DNA of 64,000 nucleotides from Biomphalaria pfeifferi. Its lineage: Eukaryota. Below, piece by piece: positions 12,444 through 24,029 of this stretch (positions are counted from its first letter, which is position 1; every line of letters begins with the position of its first letter). Location of the stretch: contig JASAOG010000245.1 of NCBI GenBank assembly GCA_030265305.1, positions 233,822 to 297,821 on the forward strand, in the 5' to 3' direction. A program made the translations under genes and the position numbers. The notes below the pieces were generated by a model. That model was not told where the DNA came from and ran no database searches. It saw only the letters and a program-made list of their open reading frames with translations.

Positions 12444-12698
12444 TCTTCTGACTCGAAGGCAAGCCTTATTATTATTATTATGTGGGTTACTTAGCCGACA
12501 TTGCTTTAGGGATGTTCTAAGCTGCTACTTAAAGAGCAAAGTGGTAAATTAGTTTAAATGGAAGCTAGATTTGTAGTTGGCATTTTAGGTAATTCTGATT
12601 ATTATTAATTTTGATAGAACTAATTATATTTGCCTAATTTTTTTCTCCAGGAAGTTCGAAGCTAATTTTTATCAGTGACTTAATTATTTTTTCTTCAG

Positions 12699-12841
12699 GC
12701 AATTGGAAGCCATTATTCGTATTGCTGAATCTCAAGCCAAGATGAGGTTGGCTCCTTTCGCTACTGAAGCAGATGTGGATGAAGCATTGAGACTTTTCCA
12801 AGTCTCGACACTTGATGCTGCCACCACTGGTGATCTGGCTG
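12699..12841 (+). CDS. MCM5: MCM5 exon ([48 protein letters not shown])
   Basis: Near-identical to human [41 protein letters not shown]. Acceptor ttcttcag, donor gtaagt. Confidence 0.9.
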
Positions 12842-12976
12842 GTAAGTCAGTTATTCTAAAATGTTTAGTATATTCCAAGATTGAACAATTTTTTTTAAAA
12901 GTTAGTGACAATGTTTTCAAAGCTTCTAGTCACTGAGAGTCAGTATTACTGGTTTTTTGTTGTTTTTTTTCTTTAG

Positions 12977-13104
12977 GCGCTGAAGGTTTTACAACAGAAG
13001 AGGATCAAGAGTTATTGAGCAGAATAGAGAAGCAAATTAAAAGAAGATTTGTGATTGGCTCTCAAGTTTCTGAACATGCTATAGTCCAAGATTTTACCAG
13101 ACAG
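12977..13104 (+). CDS. MCM5: MCM5 exon ([43 protein letters not shown])
   Basis: Matches human [42 protein letters not shown]. Acceptor ctttag, donor gtaatg. Confidence 0.9.
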
Positions 13105-13313
13105 GTAATGGGGTTTTGCAAAAATGAATTGTTTTTTTCTATGAATAAATAAAAATTTGTTTAGAATTTTATTATTGCAATCAGCGTTTTAGAATCATTA
13201 TATGAAATAGTAACAATTGAGACTGTAGTTAATTTTTTAAAATTGCTAACATTATTTGTTACTGAATTTATGTTTTTAACAATGTCTCTTAAATTTTTTT
13301 TTTATTTTTTCAG

Positions 13314-13415
13314 AAATATCCAGAGAGAGCAATTCACAAAGTTTTAACTTTAATGTTGAGACGGGGAGAAATTCAACATCGCATGCAGAGAAAAATTCTA
13401 TTCCGTGTAAAATAA
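13314..13415 (+). CDS. MCM5: MCM5 terminal coding exon ([33 protein letters not shown]), stop taa at 13413-13415
   Basis: Matches the human C-terminus [33 protein letters not shown]. Acceptor ttttcag at 13311-13313. Confidence 0.9.
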   Translation, partial: KYPERAIHKVLTLMLRRGEIQHRMQRKILFRVK

Positions 13416-15239
13416 TTTTTGGAAATTTCACAAATGTTTGTTCATTATAATTGTTAAATATTAACTATCTTGTTAATACTGTAAACTGAATGTAACTTTA
13501 TTGTGCATTGATTTATAGCTACAAAGTAAATGTAATTAAAATTTTTAAAAATTTATGTGCAATTTTTTTTTTTTTATTACTTTCAATTTTTTGTATGGTA
13601 TGGTTTTTATGGTTCAGCTATCAGTTGTTACTCCAGGCCTGTGCACTTGAAGAAAAAAAAAACAGTAAAATCCACACATACGTCATCTCCACGATGGCCG
13701 TGGCTCCTCAACCCACTGCTAGTGATCTCAGAGAACCAGAACTCCCACCAGTGCTACCTCACCCCAGCTCTTCTCCTCCGGGAGTAGAGAACATTCTGGC
13801 CAAAAGTGTGGAAATGTTGGGCCTGTACGACTCAGGTTGCTCGTTTAGCGCGGTTATCAATAAGGCGCTGATTGACCCATCAGATCTCACTGGTAGAACA
13901 GTGACGATCCCATCTATATACCGTGTCACTCCTCCGCAGGTTCAACCAAATTTAAAATTCACTTTCTTTGGGATATTGTTTGAATATTCTAATAGCTTTC
14001 AGTATTAACATCTGATAATGAACTTGTATTAATAATGCTCCAAACATGTAAAGAAATATACCGCTCCTTCTGGAAGACAATGTGAATGTGACCAGATTAG
14101 TCACCAGCTATGTAAAGAAATAATGTTTATTGTTACTTAATACATATTAATACCGGGGTACTGCCACTGCTCCATTTCTAGCATTAAACAAATATTTTGT
14201 ATTTTAATGATCTAATGAGTGACTGATTACACTTAAGTAATTATTAAAGCAACAAGACTCTTTCACATTAAAGACATTAACAAAAAGTGTATTCTTTTGA
14301 AGTTGTTCATTTTATGGATGATTTTTTTTCACTCACTGTCTTTAGAAAAACTGAAGGGTTTCATTGGTCAGCCCTTAGAAAAAGTTTTTGGAGATGGTGA
14401 TCATAAAACACCTGTAGCACATACTGCTGTTCTTGTAGACCCAACACCATTCTAGTAACTTGTATTGTCCAGTCTCCTAGTATGACAAAAGCCATAGAAA
14501 CTAGGTTGTTATGAGGTTTTGTAATGTACACAGACATTGTTATGAACTAAAACTTCTATTCCCTTATTGATAGTTACCAGTACACTTGCAATAGTCAACA
14601 GTATGGATGCACACATACACATTGGTAAGCAAAAGTAGATACGAAGTCTTTAGGTGGAATGGATAACATTTGAAGTAAAACTGAAAAATAATTTCGCATT
14701 AACTGGTAATTCTTGCTGTTTCAAGACATTACGCTTTTTTGAGAGATCATGTGGAGTTCCATAATCTGATATGGTTTTGACTTCTGGCATGACTCCTAAA
14801 TGTAACTAACTTATGCCATTACACACAAAGACCTAATTGTCACAAGTGGATAATGTCATGACACAAAAACTGAATGAGGGTACCATCTACACCAGGCATG
14901 TCAAACTCATTAAGGTGTATGGGCAGCATCAGAACTTACTATGACCTGAGGGACCGCAGCCAAAAATCAGTTGCAAAACAGCCTATATACTAGTTTTATG
15001 TAAATTAGATACAATACAATAATTAGACAAACCTTAGTTAGCTAAATTGTAATACTATTTGGTAATTTAAAATGCTTATGATTACGCATTAGTTTCTTTG
15101 TTCTGATGCTTGACATCTTTTATGGGATACAAGCTTATTAATGTCATGTTGAAGTTTGTTTTCCACTGACACTTTCATCACTGATGACAAATTTTGATGA
15201 AATAATCTCGAACGGTGAGGTGCTTTTATAGCTTTCATT

Positions 15240-16563
15240 ATGGAAAAGAACTGCTCACAGAGTTACGTGCTTGCAAACCACAAGCATTCTGGCTGCAAAT
15301 TTTCGCAATTCAACGTACCGTTCAGGATAAATAACTGTAAAATTTTGGCACAGCCATTTCTATATACTTCGATTTCAACAAAAAATCTGAATGTTATTCT
15401 ATCAGCTCTAGTTGCACATTACCAGCAGCAATTTTAGAATCAAATGAGAATGGAGATACAAACAACGTTTGCTCGTACGGAACGAAGTCACAAAAACGGT
15501 CATTGAAAGCATCTACTAACGATTCCAGGTGTAGGACATATTTACCAAATGTTGCCGCCGTATTGAATCTTTTTAGTTCCTGACACGTTGAGAAGTGAAC
15601 AAGATTTTCTCTTCATATTTGGTTTATCCACAGTCGTCATTTTGCTTGTAAGCACTTCACATGATTACACACAGTTGTGACAATTTTGTCCTTACTTTGA
15701 AGTTTCAGTTTAAGTCTTGCAGGTGACCAGTGAGATCAACTGCAATGCCAAATCCTGAGCCCATTCGTCAACATGTTCACCTTTCATGTTCAGAAACAAT
15801 ACAATTTCCTCACGCAGTGCAAAAAATCTCTTCAATACTTTATGACATGAGAGCCAGCGGACTTCTGTGTAGTAGGGAACACACTCAAATTCGTGTCCAA
15901 TGTCATCCAGAAACATTGAATATTGGCGATGATTTAAACCATGGGCACGAATAAAATTGAGAGCAACTGAAGTCGGTCTTATGACATGTTGGAACTGTAA
16001 TTGCTTTGCGCAGAATGTTTCTTGGTGAATGGTGCACTGAAAATGAGGAAATTTAAAATGAACAACAGTCTTAGTTTTTCAAGTAGCTTTGCATCAAAAC
16101 CATTTCATTTCATGGTTGGTGGGCCATCCGTTGTTAGACTAGCTAGCTTTACCAAATAGATAAATTGTACTGCAAAATCTCCTCCTCTAATTTCTCAAAA
16201 CCATCCTCGCTTGTTGTGGTGTTATACATATAATATAGCTCAAGTAGCTCCTCACGTATCTCAAAATTCCTGTCACAGGCACTTATGAATATAACCAACT
16301 CTACAATACCCGTTCATCAGTTGACTCATGGAGAGCCAATGAAAAGAATTCAAAATCTTTAATTGTTCACACAATCTGATTGACATGTCATTTATTCTAT
16401 CTGCCACAGTGTTCCTAGTTAACGCTATTTCTGTGAACGCTTTCACCTTTTCTGGACAAATTACTTTAGCAGCTTTAACGACACACTCCTTCATAAAATC
16501 ACATTCACTAAATGATTTGCTGTGGCTTGCTATTAAGTTTGACAAAATGTAGCTGGCTTTCAC
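15240..16563 (-). pseudogene. Degraded hAT-Buster-like (ZBED5/GTF2IRD2/EPM2AIP1-type) transposase remnant
   Basis: Minus-strand ORF fragments interrupted by stops. Fragment 15710-15916 reads ..YYTEVRWLSCHKVLKRFFALREEIVLFL.., matching the RWLS...VL.R...L..EI..FL hAT-Buster C-terminal signature. Confidence 0.45.
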
Positions 16564-17099
16564 TGCTGACTCACGCTCGTTGTTCAGTTTGACAAATACT
16601 ATTTTTCAATTCAAATAGAAATTGTCATCTCTTATTTTCCAGCGTAAATGTTCAACATTATTTTGATAATTTTTAGGTGGCTAAGCGGGCCGCATGCGGC
16701 CCCCGAACACCGTGTTTGACATGCCTGATCTACACCATCAGGAAGGGCCACACCTCCACTGGGGTATTAAGTTCTCTCTAAACTTGACCGATGTGTCACA
16801 TGTCCAGGACTTATTGTTACAGCAAACTTCACTTGGAATGTTTCAGTTGCCACGCTATAGGACAGTTGTTGAATGGGCAGCACAAGTGAACAGCTAAAAT
16901 TTTCATACATTTGAAGCTTTTTACCCTCAGAGAATTGTCATAATTAGTCTTGGTATTTGGCCTCTTATGTTTGTGCCTTTTTAATAATTCAATTCTCATA
17001 TGTATTCACCAGCTAAATTCAAAAGAGGAAGGAATCCTTGTAGGATTAAGGGCAGGACATGGGCTAAATTATGTAGATGTTCCAAAATCAAGTCTACTC

Positions 17100-17360
17100 A
17101 GAGCTCCATTAAAATAAGCCTTTATCTTATAAGATACAGATTATAAAATACAGACTTATCTTATTAAAATATAGTTTTTACTTCAAAATAGATGATTACA
17201 TCCACATATTTCCCAAGGTCAATCTAGTCATGCATGTTATTCAATGACTTAAACTCTTGACACGTCATTGGTTTTCCTGGCTGACTCAGGCAACCCATTC
17301 CATGCTCTTATAGCACTAGAGAAGAAAGAGAGGTATAAGCCTACATTATCTGCTGTAAGC
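17100..17360 (+). repeat. Copy of an approximately 350-400 bp dispersed non-autonomous repeat family (core ..aaccaatgactt...ggcaacccattccatgctct.atagcactag..)
   Basis: Shared blocks with 38330-38560, 38860-39250 (reverse complement), 40790-41160 and 42700-43060. Confidence 0.6.
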
Positions 17361-18153
17361 CTCCTTATCTATGATTACCATTCTTTGTAAACACAAGAAG
17401 TGAACAATGTTAAAGTTATAAAACATTTATTGGATTTTGAACTGGACAGAATTATTATATATATTGTAAGTAATACATTAACATAAGAAAACATTTAGAA
17501 GGAAAACAAGAATTCAATTGCTAAATGAAATAAAATAATCATATTAGAAGCCCCTCTAAAAAATTGGTTTTTCTTTTTGGGTTTAAAATTATTGTATCTG
17601 GTCAACTAAGGCAATTTTTTTTTTATATAGATCCAATTTTAAAAGGAGAGTATATACAAGTGTGAGGCAAACAGTAGATCAGCTTGGGTTGTCCCTACAC
17701 TCTAAGAAAATTCTTTTTTTAAAAAATATATTACCAATCACTTTCATTACAACTGTTTAGCCTCACTGCCATAGTTTTTTCTTTCAAATTGTCAAGTTAG
17801 AAATGTCCAAGATTAAAAATACTTTCTGGGAAATTCTTGTTATAAAAAAAAATTCTTCCTATCAGTAACACGGGGTGTAACTAATTGACTTTCACACTCA
17901 GGATGGATGTGTTCTTACTATTATCACACATTGGTCCCATTAAGTATGAAAGCACCTCTACAAGAATCTTATAATACTGCCTCTACACAAGAATCTTATA
18001 GTACTGATAAATCATTGAAAGAACCAGTTTTTAAGTACAAAAATAGAAACATTGAACAAGTAACTGAACTATTAGTCATGACTGCTTTGAGACATTGTGT
18101 TGATATAACCTGATACTTCAAACTATGATGTATCTTAGTCAACAGTAAACTCC

Positions 18154-19026
18154 TCACTCAGAGGCAGAGTCTTTGGGGGTAAGCTTCAAAGTCAGTTTGA
18201 GGGCCTTACGGTGGGGATTGGAGTCAGAGCCGCTGCTCTCAGCCCCTGGGGAGTGGAGCAGCGAGGTTGGAATACTAGAGAGCTGAGGTTCGAGAAGAAG
18301 ATCCTCAGGGTCAGAAATGTCCTGGATACCTGCGCTGCCTGCCCTTGAATGCTTACTGCTGCTAGTGCTGCCCCTTTTATGTCTACCTTCTTTCTCGGAG
18401 CCCGAAGAGCTCTTGTGAGACGTGCCGCCTGGGAGCAGGGGTGGCGTGGAGTGAGAAGCAGAGTGCGGGGAATAGATTGGACTCATCATGGAGGGGGAGT
18501 GGTAGGCGGACGGGTTATGCTGAGGTGTGACTGACATGGGGTGAGGTGGCGTCGAAGCATAGTTGGATTGCCGTTTGATTTTCAGTTTCAATAAGCCTTT
18601 GGCTGGGTCAATCATTTTACTCACAGCTAAACCATCTGTCGACGCTGCAGTCTGCCCAGCCAGCAGCCTTTTATGAAAATCCCCATCAGAGTCATCTGAG
18701 ATGTCTGAAAGTGGATTGAGTTTAGGAATTTTCGCAGCCGTTTTAGATTTGGGGTCGTCAAAAAGATCCGAAATATCTTCATCTTTTTCTGTATAATTGA
18801 CAGGTTTCCTTCGTCGCAAGCCCACACGACTCCTCCCTGCCTGTTCATCCTCAGCTTCTTTTCTCTTCAGTTCTTCCTCCACCTCTCTCTGCCTTCTTTG
18901 TTTTTCTTCCTCTTCCTCCTGTTTTGCTCTTTCCTTCATTTCCTGTCTCTTCTTGGCTTCTAACATTTTGCTGTATTGAATTTCCTCTTCCAACTGTGCT
19001 CGTCTAAGTTCAACTTCTTGCTGCCA
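18154..19026 (-). CDS. Terminal coding exon: Glu/Lys/Arg-rich coiled coil followed by a Ser/Pro-rich tail (WQQEVELRRAQLEEEIQYSKMLEAKKRQEMKER...RRRKPVNYTEKDEDISD...KALKLTLKLTPKDSASE*). It is either the last exon of the TAF6-like gene or a separate unidentified gene.
   Basis: Long minus-strand ORF with acceptor ttgattccag at 19027-19036 and stop at 18154-18156. The phase is compatible with the upstream exon 20707-20988. Confidence 0.55.
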   Translation of the reverse strand, partial: WQQEVELRRAQLEEEIQYSKMLEAKKRQEMKERAKQEEEEEKQRRQREVEEELKRKEAEDEQAGRSRVGLRRRKPVNYTEKDEDISDLFDDPKSKTAAKIPKLNPLSDISDDSDGDFHKRLLAGQTAASTDGLAVSKMIDPAKGLLKLKIKRQSNYASTPPHPMSVTPQHNPSAYHSPSMMSPIYSPHSASHSTPPLLPGGTSHKSSSGSEKEGRHKRGSTSSSKHSRAGSAGIQDISDPEDLLLEPQLSSIPTSLLHSPGAESSGSDSNPHRKALKLTLKLTPKDSASE

Positions 19027-19340
19027 CTGGAATCAAAGGCAATAAATCATGTATGATTAAGATCACAAAGATTAGTTGTATTTTATGACATTGAAAACAA
19101 GTAGACCCTTTTCAGAACTATCATAGTGACCCAAAGAAAAGCAAAACACTATCTTGTAGGAGCATCTTTCAAATTGTCTATAACTTTGCCTGGTTATGTA
19201 AGGTTGGCATATATGTAAAGATGACAATTGAACTGTAACATTTTATTACTATTTTAAGACATTCACACAGAATGATTGGAAACTTGACATATTTTGGAAA
19301 AAGTAAAGAAGCATTGTGCAACATACAACATCCTTAAAAA

Positions 19341-19614
19341 AGTAAAGTTCCCCTTTCAGACCTTGTGGTCTCTAGGGCAGAGGATGTAAAGGTCATCTGT
19401 TTCTGTGGGCTACGGTTAACGAGGGTGTCATGTGGCCAGCACAATGACCAACCGCCTTTTCTTTTCCCCAACTAATGTCAGGTACCCATTAGATCTGGAT
19501 GGACTCGGAGGTGCCCAAAGATCCCAAAATTAAAAAGCCCAGTCTTCACCAGGATTTAAATCTGGGACCCCCAGTTCGGAAGCCAAGTGCTTTACCACTC
19601 AGCCACCATGCCTC
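19341..19614 (-). mobile_element. tRNA-derived SINE, family 1 (full length, about 270 bp)
   Basis: Reverse complement begins ggaggcatggtggctgagtggtaaagcacttggcttccgaactgggggtcc.agatttaaatcctgg (tRNA-like A/B boxes). Conserved body ..ggtacctgacattagttgggg..gtgctggccacatgacaccctcgttaaccgtagcc..agaccacaaggtctgaaagggg. About 10 copies in the window. Confidence 0.8.
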
Positions 19615-19699
19615 CATCCTTAAAGGAGACAAGAAAAAAATGGCGAGCTCTACAACACCTGACACATTTATCTTTATGCTGAGGTTACCTAGGAGGACG

Positions 19700-20330
19700 C
19701 CTAAGAGATGCCTGCAAGTGGGATATATGGACAAAAGACATCAATGAAAGAAATGTAGAAAGAGACGCCTGCAAGTGGGATATATGGACAAAAGACATCA
19801 ATGAAAGAAAGGTAGAAAGAGACGCCTGCAAGTGGGATATATGGACAAAAGACATCAATGAAAGGAAGGTAGAAAGAGACGCCTGCAAGTGGGATATATG
19901 GACAAAAGACATCAATGAAAGGAAGGTAGAAAGAGACACCTGCAAGTGGGATATATGGACAAAAGACATCAATGAAAGAAAGGTAGAAAGAGACGCCTGC
20001 AAGTGGGATATATGGACAAAAGACATCAATGAAAGGAAGGTAGAAAGAGACGCCTGCAAGTGGGATATATGGACAAAAGACATCAATGAAAGGAAGGTAG
20101 AAAGAGATGCCTGCACGTGGGATATATGGACAAAAGACATCAATGAAAGAAAGGTAGAAAGAGACGCCTGCAAGTGGGATATATGGACAAAAGACATCAA
20201 TGAAAGGAAGGTAGAAAGAGACGCCTGCAAGTGGGATATATGGACAAAAGACATCAATGAAAGGAAGGTAGAAAGAGACGCCTGCAAGTGGGATATATGG
20301 ACAAAAGACATCAATGAAAGGAAGGTAGAA
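19700..20330. repeat. Minisatellite: about 60-bp unit (gacgcctgcaagtgggatatatggacaaaagacatcaatgaaaggaaggtagaaagaga) x about 10.5
   Basis: Read directly. Begins about 85 bp from the 5' head of the SINE at 19341-19614. Lies in an intron of the minus-strand gene. ORF-track hits 19685-20443 and 19701-20336 are repeat artefacts. Confidence 0.9.
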
Positions 20331-20706
20331 GCCCACAAGATCAGACAGCGCGGAGACTGACTGTGCATAATGATATGGCCCTCACCAAGAGTAAAAGGAC
20401 TGAGGCAGCCTTGGTCAAGAAGAAAAGGAAGAAAGCTGCACAAACTAATAGCCTTAAATCAAACTAATAGCCCTAAAAAAAAACCTTTGAAAATTTTATC
20501 TCTAAGCTCAGTCAATCTGTATAGCCTTAACAAATTCTGGCATACAACATAGCAAGCTAAAAAAAAAAAAAAAGCTCTCAAAGTTACACTTTTATATTTG
20601 TTGTAGTAAATAAAATATTGCCTGAGCTTTGCGTCTATCTAGTAAGAAAACAAACAAAACTACACGATGTTTGCTTGTATCTAGTGTAAGTAAAAAAAAC
20701 CTCTAC

Positions 20707-20988
20707 CTGGGGTTTGCTTCTATTTTTGTTGAGTTCCTTTATCTGTTCCTCCCACTCCTTCCCACGTCTCTCTTCCTCTTCTTTTAATTTTTTCAGCCGT
20801 TCCGTTTCTTCCATTTCCAAGCGTCTCCTCTTCTGTTCCTCCTCTTCTCTTTTCAATCTCTTCTTTCGCTCTTCTTCCACCTTCTTCATTTGTTCTAACA
20901 TCTGCCTAGCTCTCTGCTCTCTCTCTCTTTGTTCTCTCTCCTTCTGCTCCAGGATCTCCCTTTCTCTCCGCTCTGCCTCTAGTTTCTC
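20707..20988 (-). CDS. Exon encoding a highly charged coiled coil (EKLEAEREREILEQKEREQREREQRARQMLEQMKKVEEERKKRLKREEEEQKRRRLEMEETERLKKLKEEEERRGKEWEEQIKELNKNRSKPQ); phase 0 at both ends
   Basis: Acceptor ctgcag at 20989-20994 and donor caggtagag at 20705-20706. The phase is compatible with TAF6-like exon 23139-23309 upstream and exon 18154-19026 downstream. Confidence 0.5.
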
Positions 20989-21099
20989 CTGCAGATGTAA
21001 ACATATATAAATTTTAATTAAAAAAAAATGTTTCAGCTTAAGCTCATTACATAGATTCTTAAATCAGCTTACAGCTAACAGTCATTAAGAAGCAGGAAG

Positions 21100-21240
21100 C
21101 GTAGTTGAGAGGCCAAGTGTGCTTGAACTTGGCTTGGCCACCTAGAAAGGGGCTCGAGGTTCAACACCCGACCCGGGCAGAGTTGTGTTTACTGGACCAA
21201 AAGCGCTCTGAGCACGCTATAAGCATGAAAGTAGCGCCAT
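21100..21240 (+). mobile_element. tRNA-like SINE fragment (..tggcttggccacctagaaaggggctcgaggttcaacacccgacccgggcag..)
   Basis: T-loop-like ggttcaacaccc and the similarity of its overall layout to the family-2 SINE heads. Confidence 0.35.
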
Positions 21241-23138
21241 ATAAAAGTTACTAATAATACTAAGAAGTACAAGGAAACTGTCAAAATTGAAAATAGCCAA
21301 AACTGTGGCCTCCTTCCGTCCCAAAGCCACTATGGGTCATCTTCTAAAAATAATATGAATGCCTTTGGCATTACTTATGGTCAGAACGATGTTGCCCGCA
21401 CAACAGTTCTTCCCTCTCCACGCAGTTGATGTATTCAATCAAGTGCAAATACAGTTTGGGCTCAGCTGTGTCGCAGGCTCTGCCAGAGCGTAGAAGAAAT
21501 GTGTGCTGCAAACTGCCTAAGGGTTGCCAGCTACTGATTTTTCAGTACTCCTGAAGCCTTTCCCATGTTTGGGTAAACGTGAAAGGCAGCAGAGGTTTGA
21601 ATGCAGATTTTTCCTTCTCCTAGGTGGGTAGCCAGCATAGGCTGACAAGCCCCCCTGCCCGAAGTTTACTGGTTTAGGTGCTAGTGTTGCTCGCCTTTGC
21701 TTCTTCTCCTATAAGTGAAAACAGTTGAGCAAACACAATATCTGAGCCACATGTGAAGGCCAGGATTTGGGGTGGTTGTCACAGGCTATTTGAGACACAT
21801 GCCATACAAAGCCTTTCATCATTACCAATGTTAAAATTGAAACTAACCAAAGCAATGTTAAGAAACTCACTAAGAAAAACAAAATGACTTTATTGAAGTT
21901 CATAGACTAGAATAAATGTGACAAAATTTTCTTTTCATCCGCAACTAGTTAACATAAACATGTATAATATAAAATAAATTTGACTATCTTTTCTCTTTTT
22001 AATATTTTTTTTAAACAAAGATAAAACAGTATAAGATATTTCAATGTCTACATCTTGACATTTTTTTTTCAACTTATTCATTTTAAACTTTTTTTACAAT
22101 AAGAAAAAAAAAGTTGATAACAAAATTTATCATGAAACATAAACACATGAAACGAAACCAACTGTTAATTAGACCAAACTAAAAGGTCAATAAATGTAGC
22201 TTGTTACTAAAAATTGTTAAAATGAAAGTCAAAAAAATTGTTCAACTTCGAATCAAGGATAAAAAAGATTTACCACTCTCTCTGGTGCTTTTAGAGAAGA
22301 ATTCAGGCAACAGAATTGGTTTAGACATGAGTTACTAGTCAAGAAAACAAAACTATAATATGTGAAAGTATGTCCAAATAATAGGTCATCATGAGAGGCA
22401 AGTGTTATATGGAAAAACAAGGTCATCTGTCGTCATCAAGAAGTATGTAGAAGTCTAATTCATGGACAAGCGCTGGTTGTGAGTGTGTATGTGTTTTGTG
22501 TGTAAATGTTGTTTGTATTGCATCTATATGTTATTGTTACAGTAGTTAGACTGAGGTGGTCAATTGTAATCAAACTGAATTTCCATTTGATTGGGCCAAT
22601 AAAAATTATCTTTTCTTATCTTATTCTACTCTGCAATGCCATGTATGTGCAATACAATGTCATGTACCAGTATGCAAAATATATTAAATGTTAAGAGCCA
22701 ATGGGAAAACAATTCACCAGAAAAAAAAAAAAAAAAACTATTTCAGAAAACTGTATGCTGTGAAGAACAAAATATTTCACTGTGATTTCTAAGCTTTTTG
22801 TATTTATAATAGACACAGCCAAAAATATCTTTAGAAAGTTTCCGACATTCTAAACATGGTTCACTATCAAATTCATCTACATTGCAACAATCACAATCTA
22901 CAGCAACAAGTGTTGTAAGTGCTGGTGTACGTGAGTGGATGTGGACTAGAGTGTCACTAGAGACTATTACCAAATACAAGCAGTCTATGTGAGACCTGAC
23001 AAATTTTTAGTGTAACTACATGGTGTTTTTTTTTTTTATAAAGACTTTTTCAACCTTTACACAGTGTCAAAAGCATTCATCGCAAAAACATTTGTCTACA
23101 AACACATAAACAGAGTATGAAGACAACATGACAATCAC

Positions 23139-23309
23139 CTGTAGTTTTATTTGTTCCATTAAATTCTCCAAAAGCTCCTCCCCTCCCTTGCCAGAGTTGC
23201 TGTCTCCCAGATTCACAACCTGGTCCTTCTTCTGAGCTTTGAACACATGATGTGTCTCTACCAGAGGAAGGCAGTTAGACAGACTGTCACCAAAGTATTC
23301 ATACAGTTC
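23139..23309 (-). CDS. TAF6-like exon 12 (ELYEYFGDSLSNCLPLVETHHVFKAQKK...EELLENLMEQIKLQ)
   Basis: Acceptor tttccccag and donor caggtgatt. Aligns to the human TAF6 [23 protein letters not shown] region. Confidence 0.6.
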
Positions 23310-23352
23310 CTGGGGAAAACAAAAATACATGAGACATCCCAAGAAGTACTCC

Positions 23353-23470
23353 CCTAAAACATGGCCGCCTCATCATGTGGTATGTACTCTGGACTGTCGC
23401 CCAAATAGTTCAGGTTCAAACCCTGCTCATCCTACCCGCTGCTCTTCTTCAGAAGATCTGTGCTATGATG
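23353..23470 (+). mobile_element. SINE family 2 fragment (..tggtatgtactctggactgtcgcccaaatagttcaggttcaaaccctgctcatcc..)
   Basis: Shares ctggactgtc...ggttcaaaccctgc with the copies at 44295, 58655, 56385(-), 58035(-) and 47985(-). Confidence 0.6.
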
Positions 23471-24029
23471 TAATAATTTTCATTTTAAAACAGCATAATC
23501 AATGGCTAAAATTACTTTACATTAGAAAAAACTAATTTAGGAATAGCCTAAGGGAAATCCTGCACAGTTTGCTTGGGAAAAATTGATTAGAAAGGAAAAT
23601 ATTTCAAGTACTATGTTATTTAGAAGTTAAAAAACAAAAGGCAGTGAAAAAGCTCCAATCTCATTTTGTTAGCATTTTTATAGAAAAATTTGATTTTTTT
23701 AAATAAATATTTTCAAAGAATTAAAATAACTAATAAATTATTAAAAATAAGTTTTTATCAAGAAAAATAGATTCAAATTTATGCCAAAAAGTGACATTCT
23801 AAGAGATGTCTCCCTGTCCATGACTAAACTGTAAATTCTCTACTGGCAACAATAACTGAGGCACTTAATAAAATAATAATTTAAAGCAACTCTCCGACCT
23901 AAATGTAGATAAATGATTATTTTTGATGTTTTATTATTAATTTGATAACATTTCAACTTGAGTTCACAGTGAGATGTACTCAGACGTGCTCTAAATGGTA
24001 CTTTAAGATGAATCTAAGGAAAAACTCAC

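Noticed and set aside
13508-13700. The 5' part of ORF 13508-14008 as coding
   Set aside because: The first approximately 60 codons are poly-T/AT-rich low complexity (FFFLLLSIFCMVWFLWF). Only the GC-rich distal part is noted as a finding.
18349-18979. Plus-strand and alternative-frame ORFs inside the 18154-19026 exon
   Set aside because: They are antisense or alternative frames of a low-complexity (GAA/GAG-rich, S/P-rich) coding exon, and are compositional artefacts.
19685-20443. Long minus-strand ORFs (252 aa and 211 aa) with perfectly repeating peptide units
   Set aside because: They are translations of the 60-bp minisatellite. There is no start or stop context and no codon periodicity beyond the repeat.
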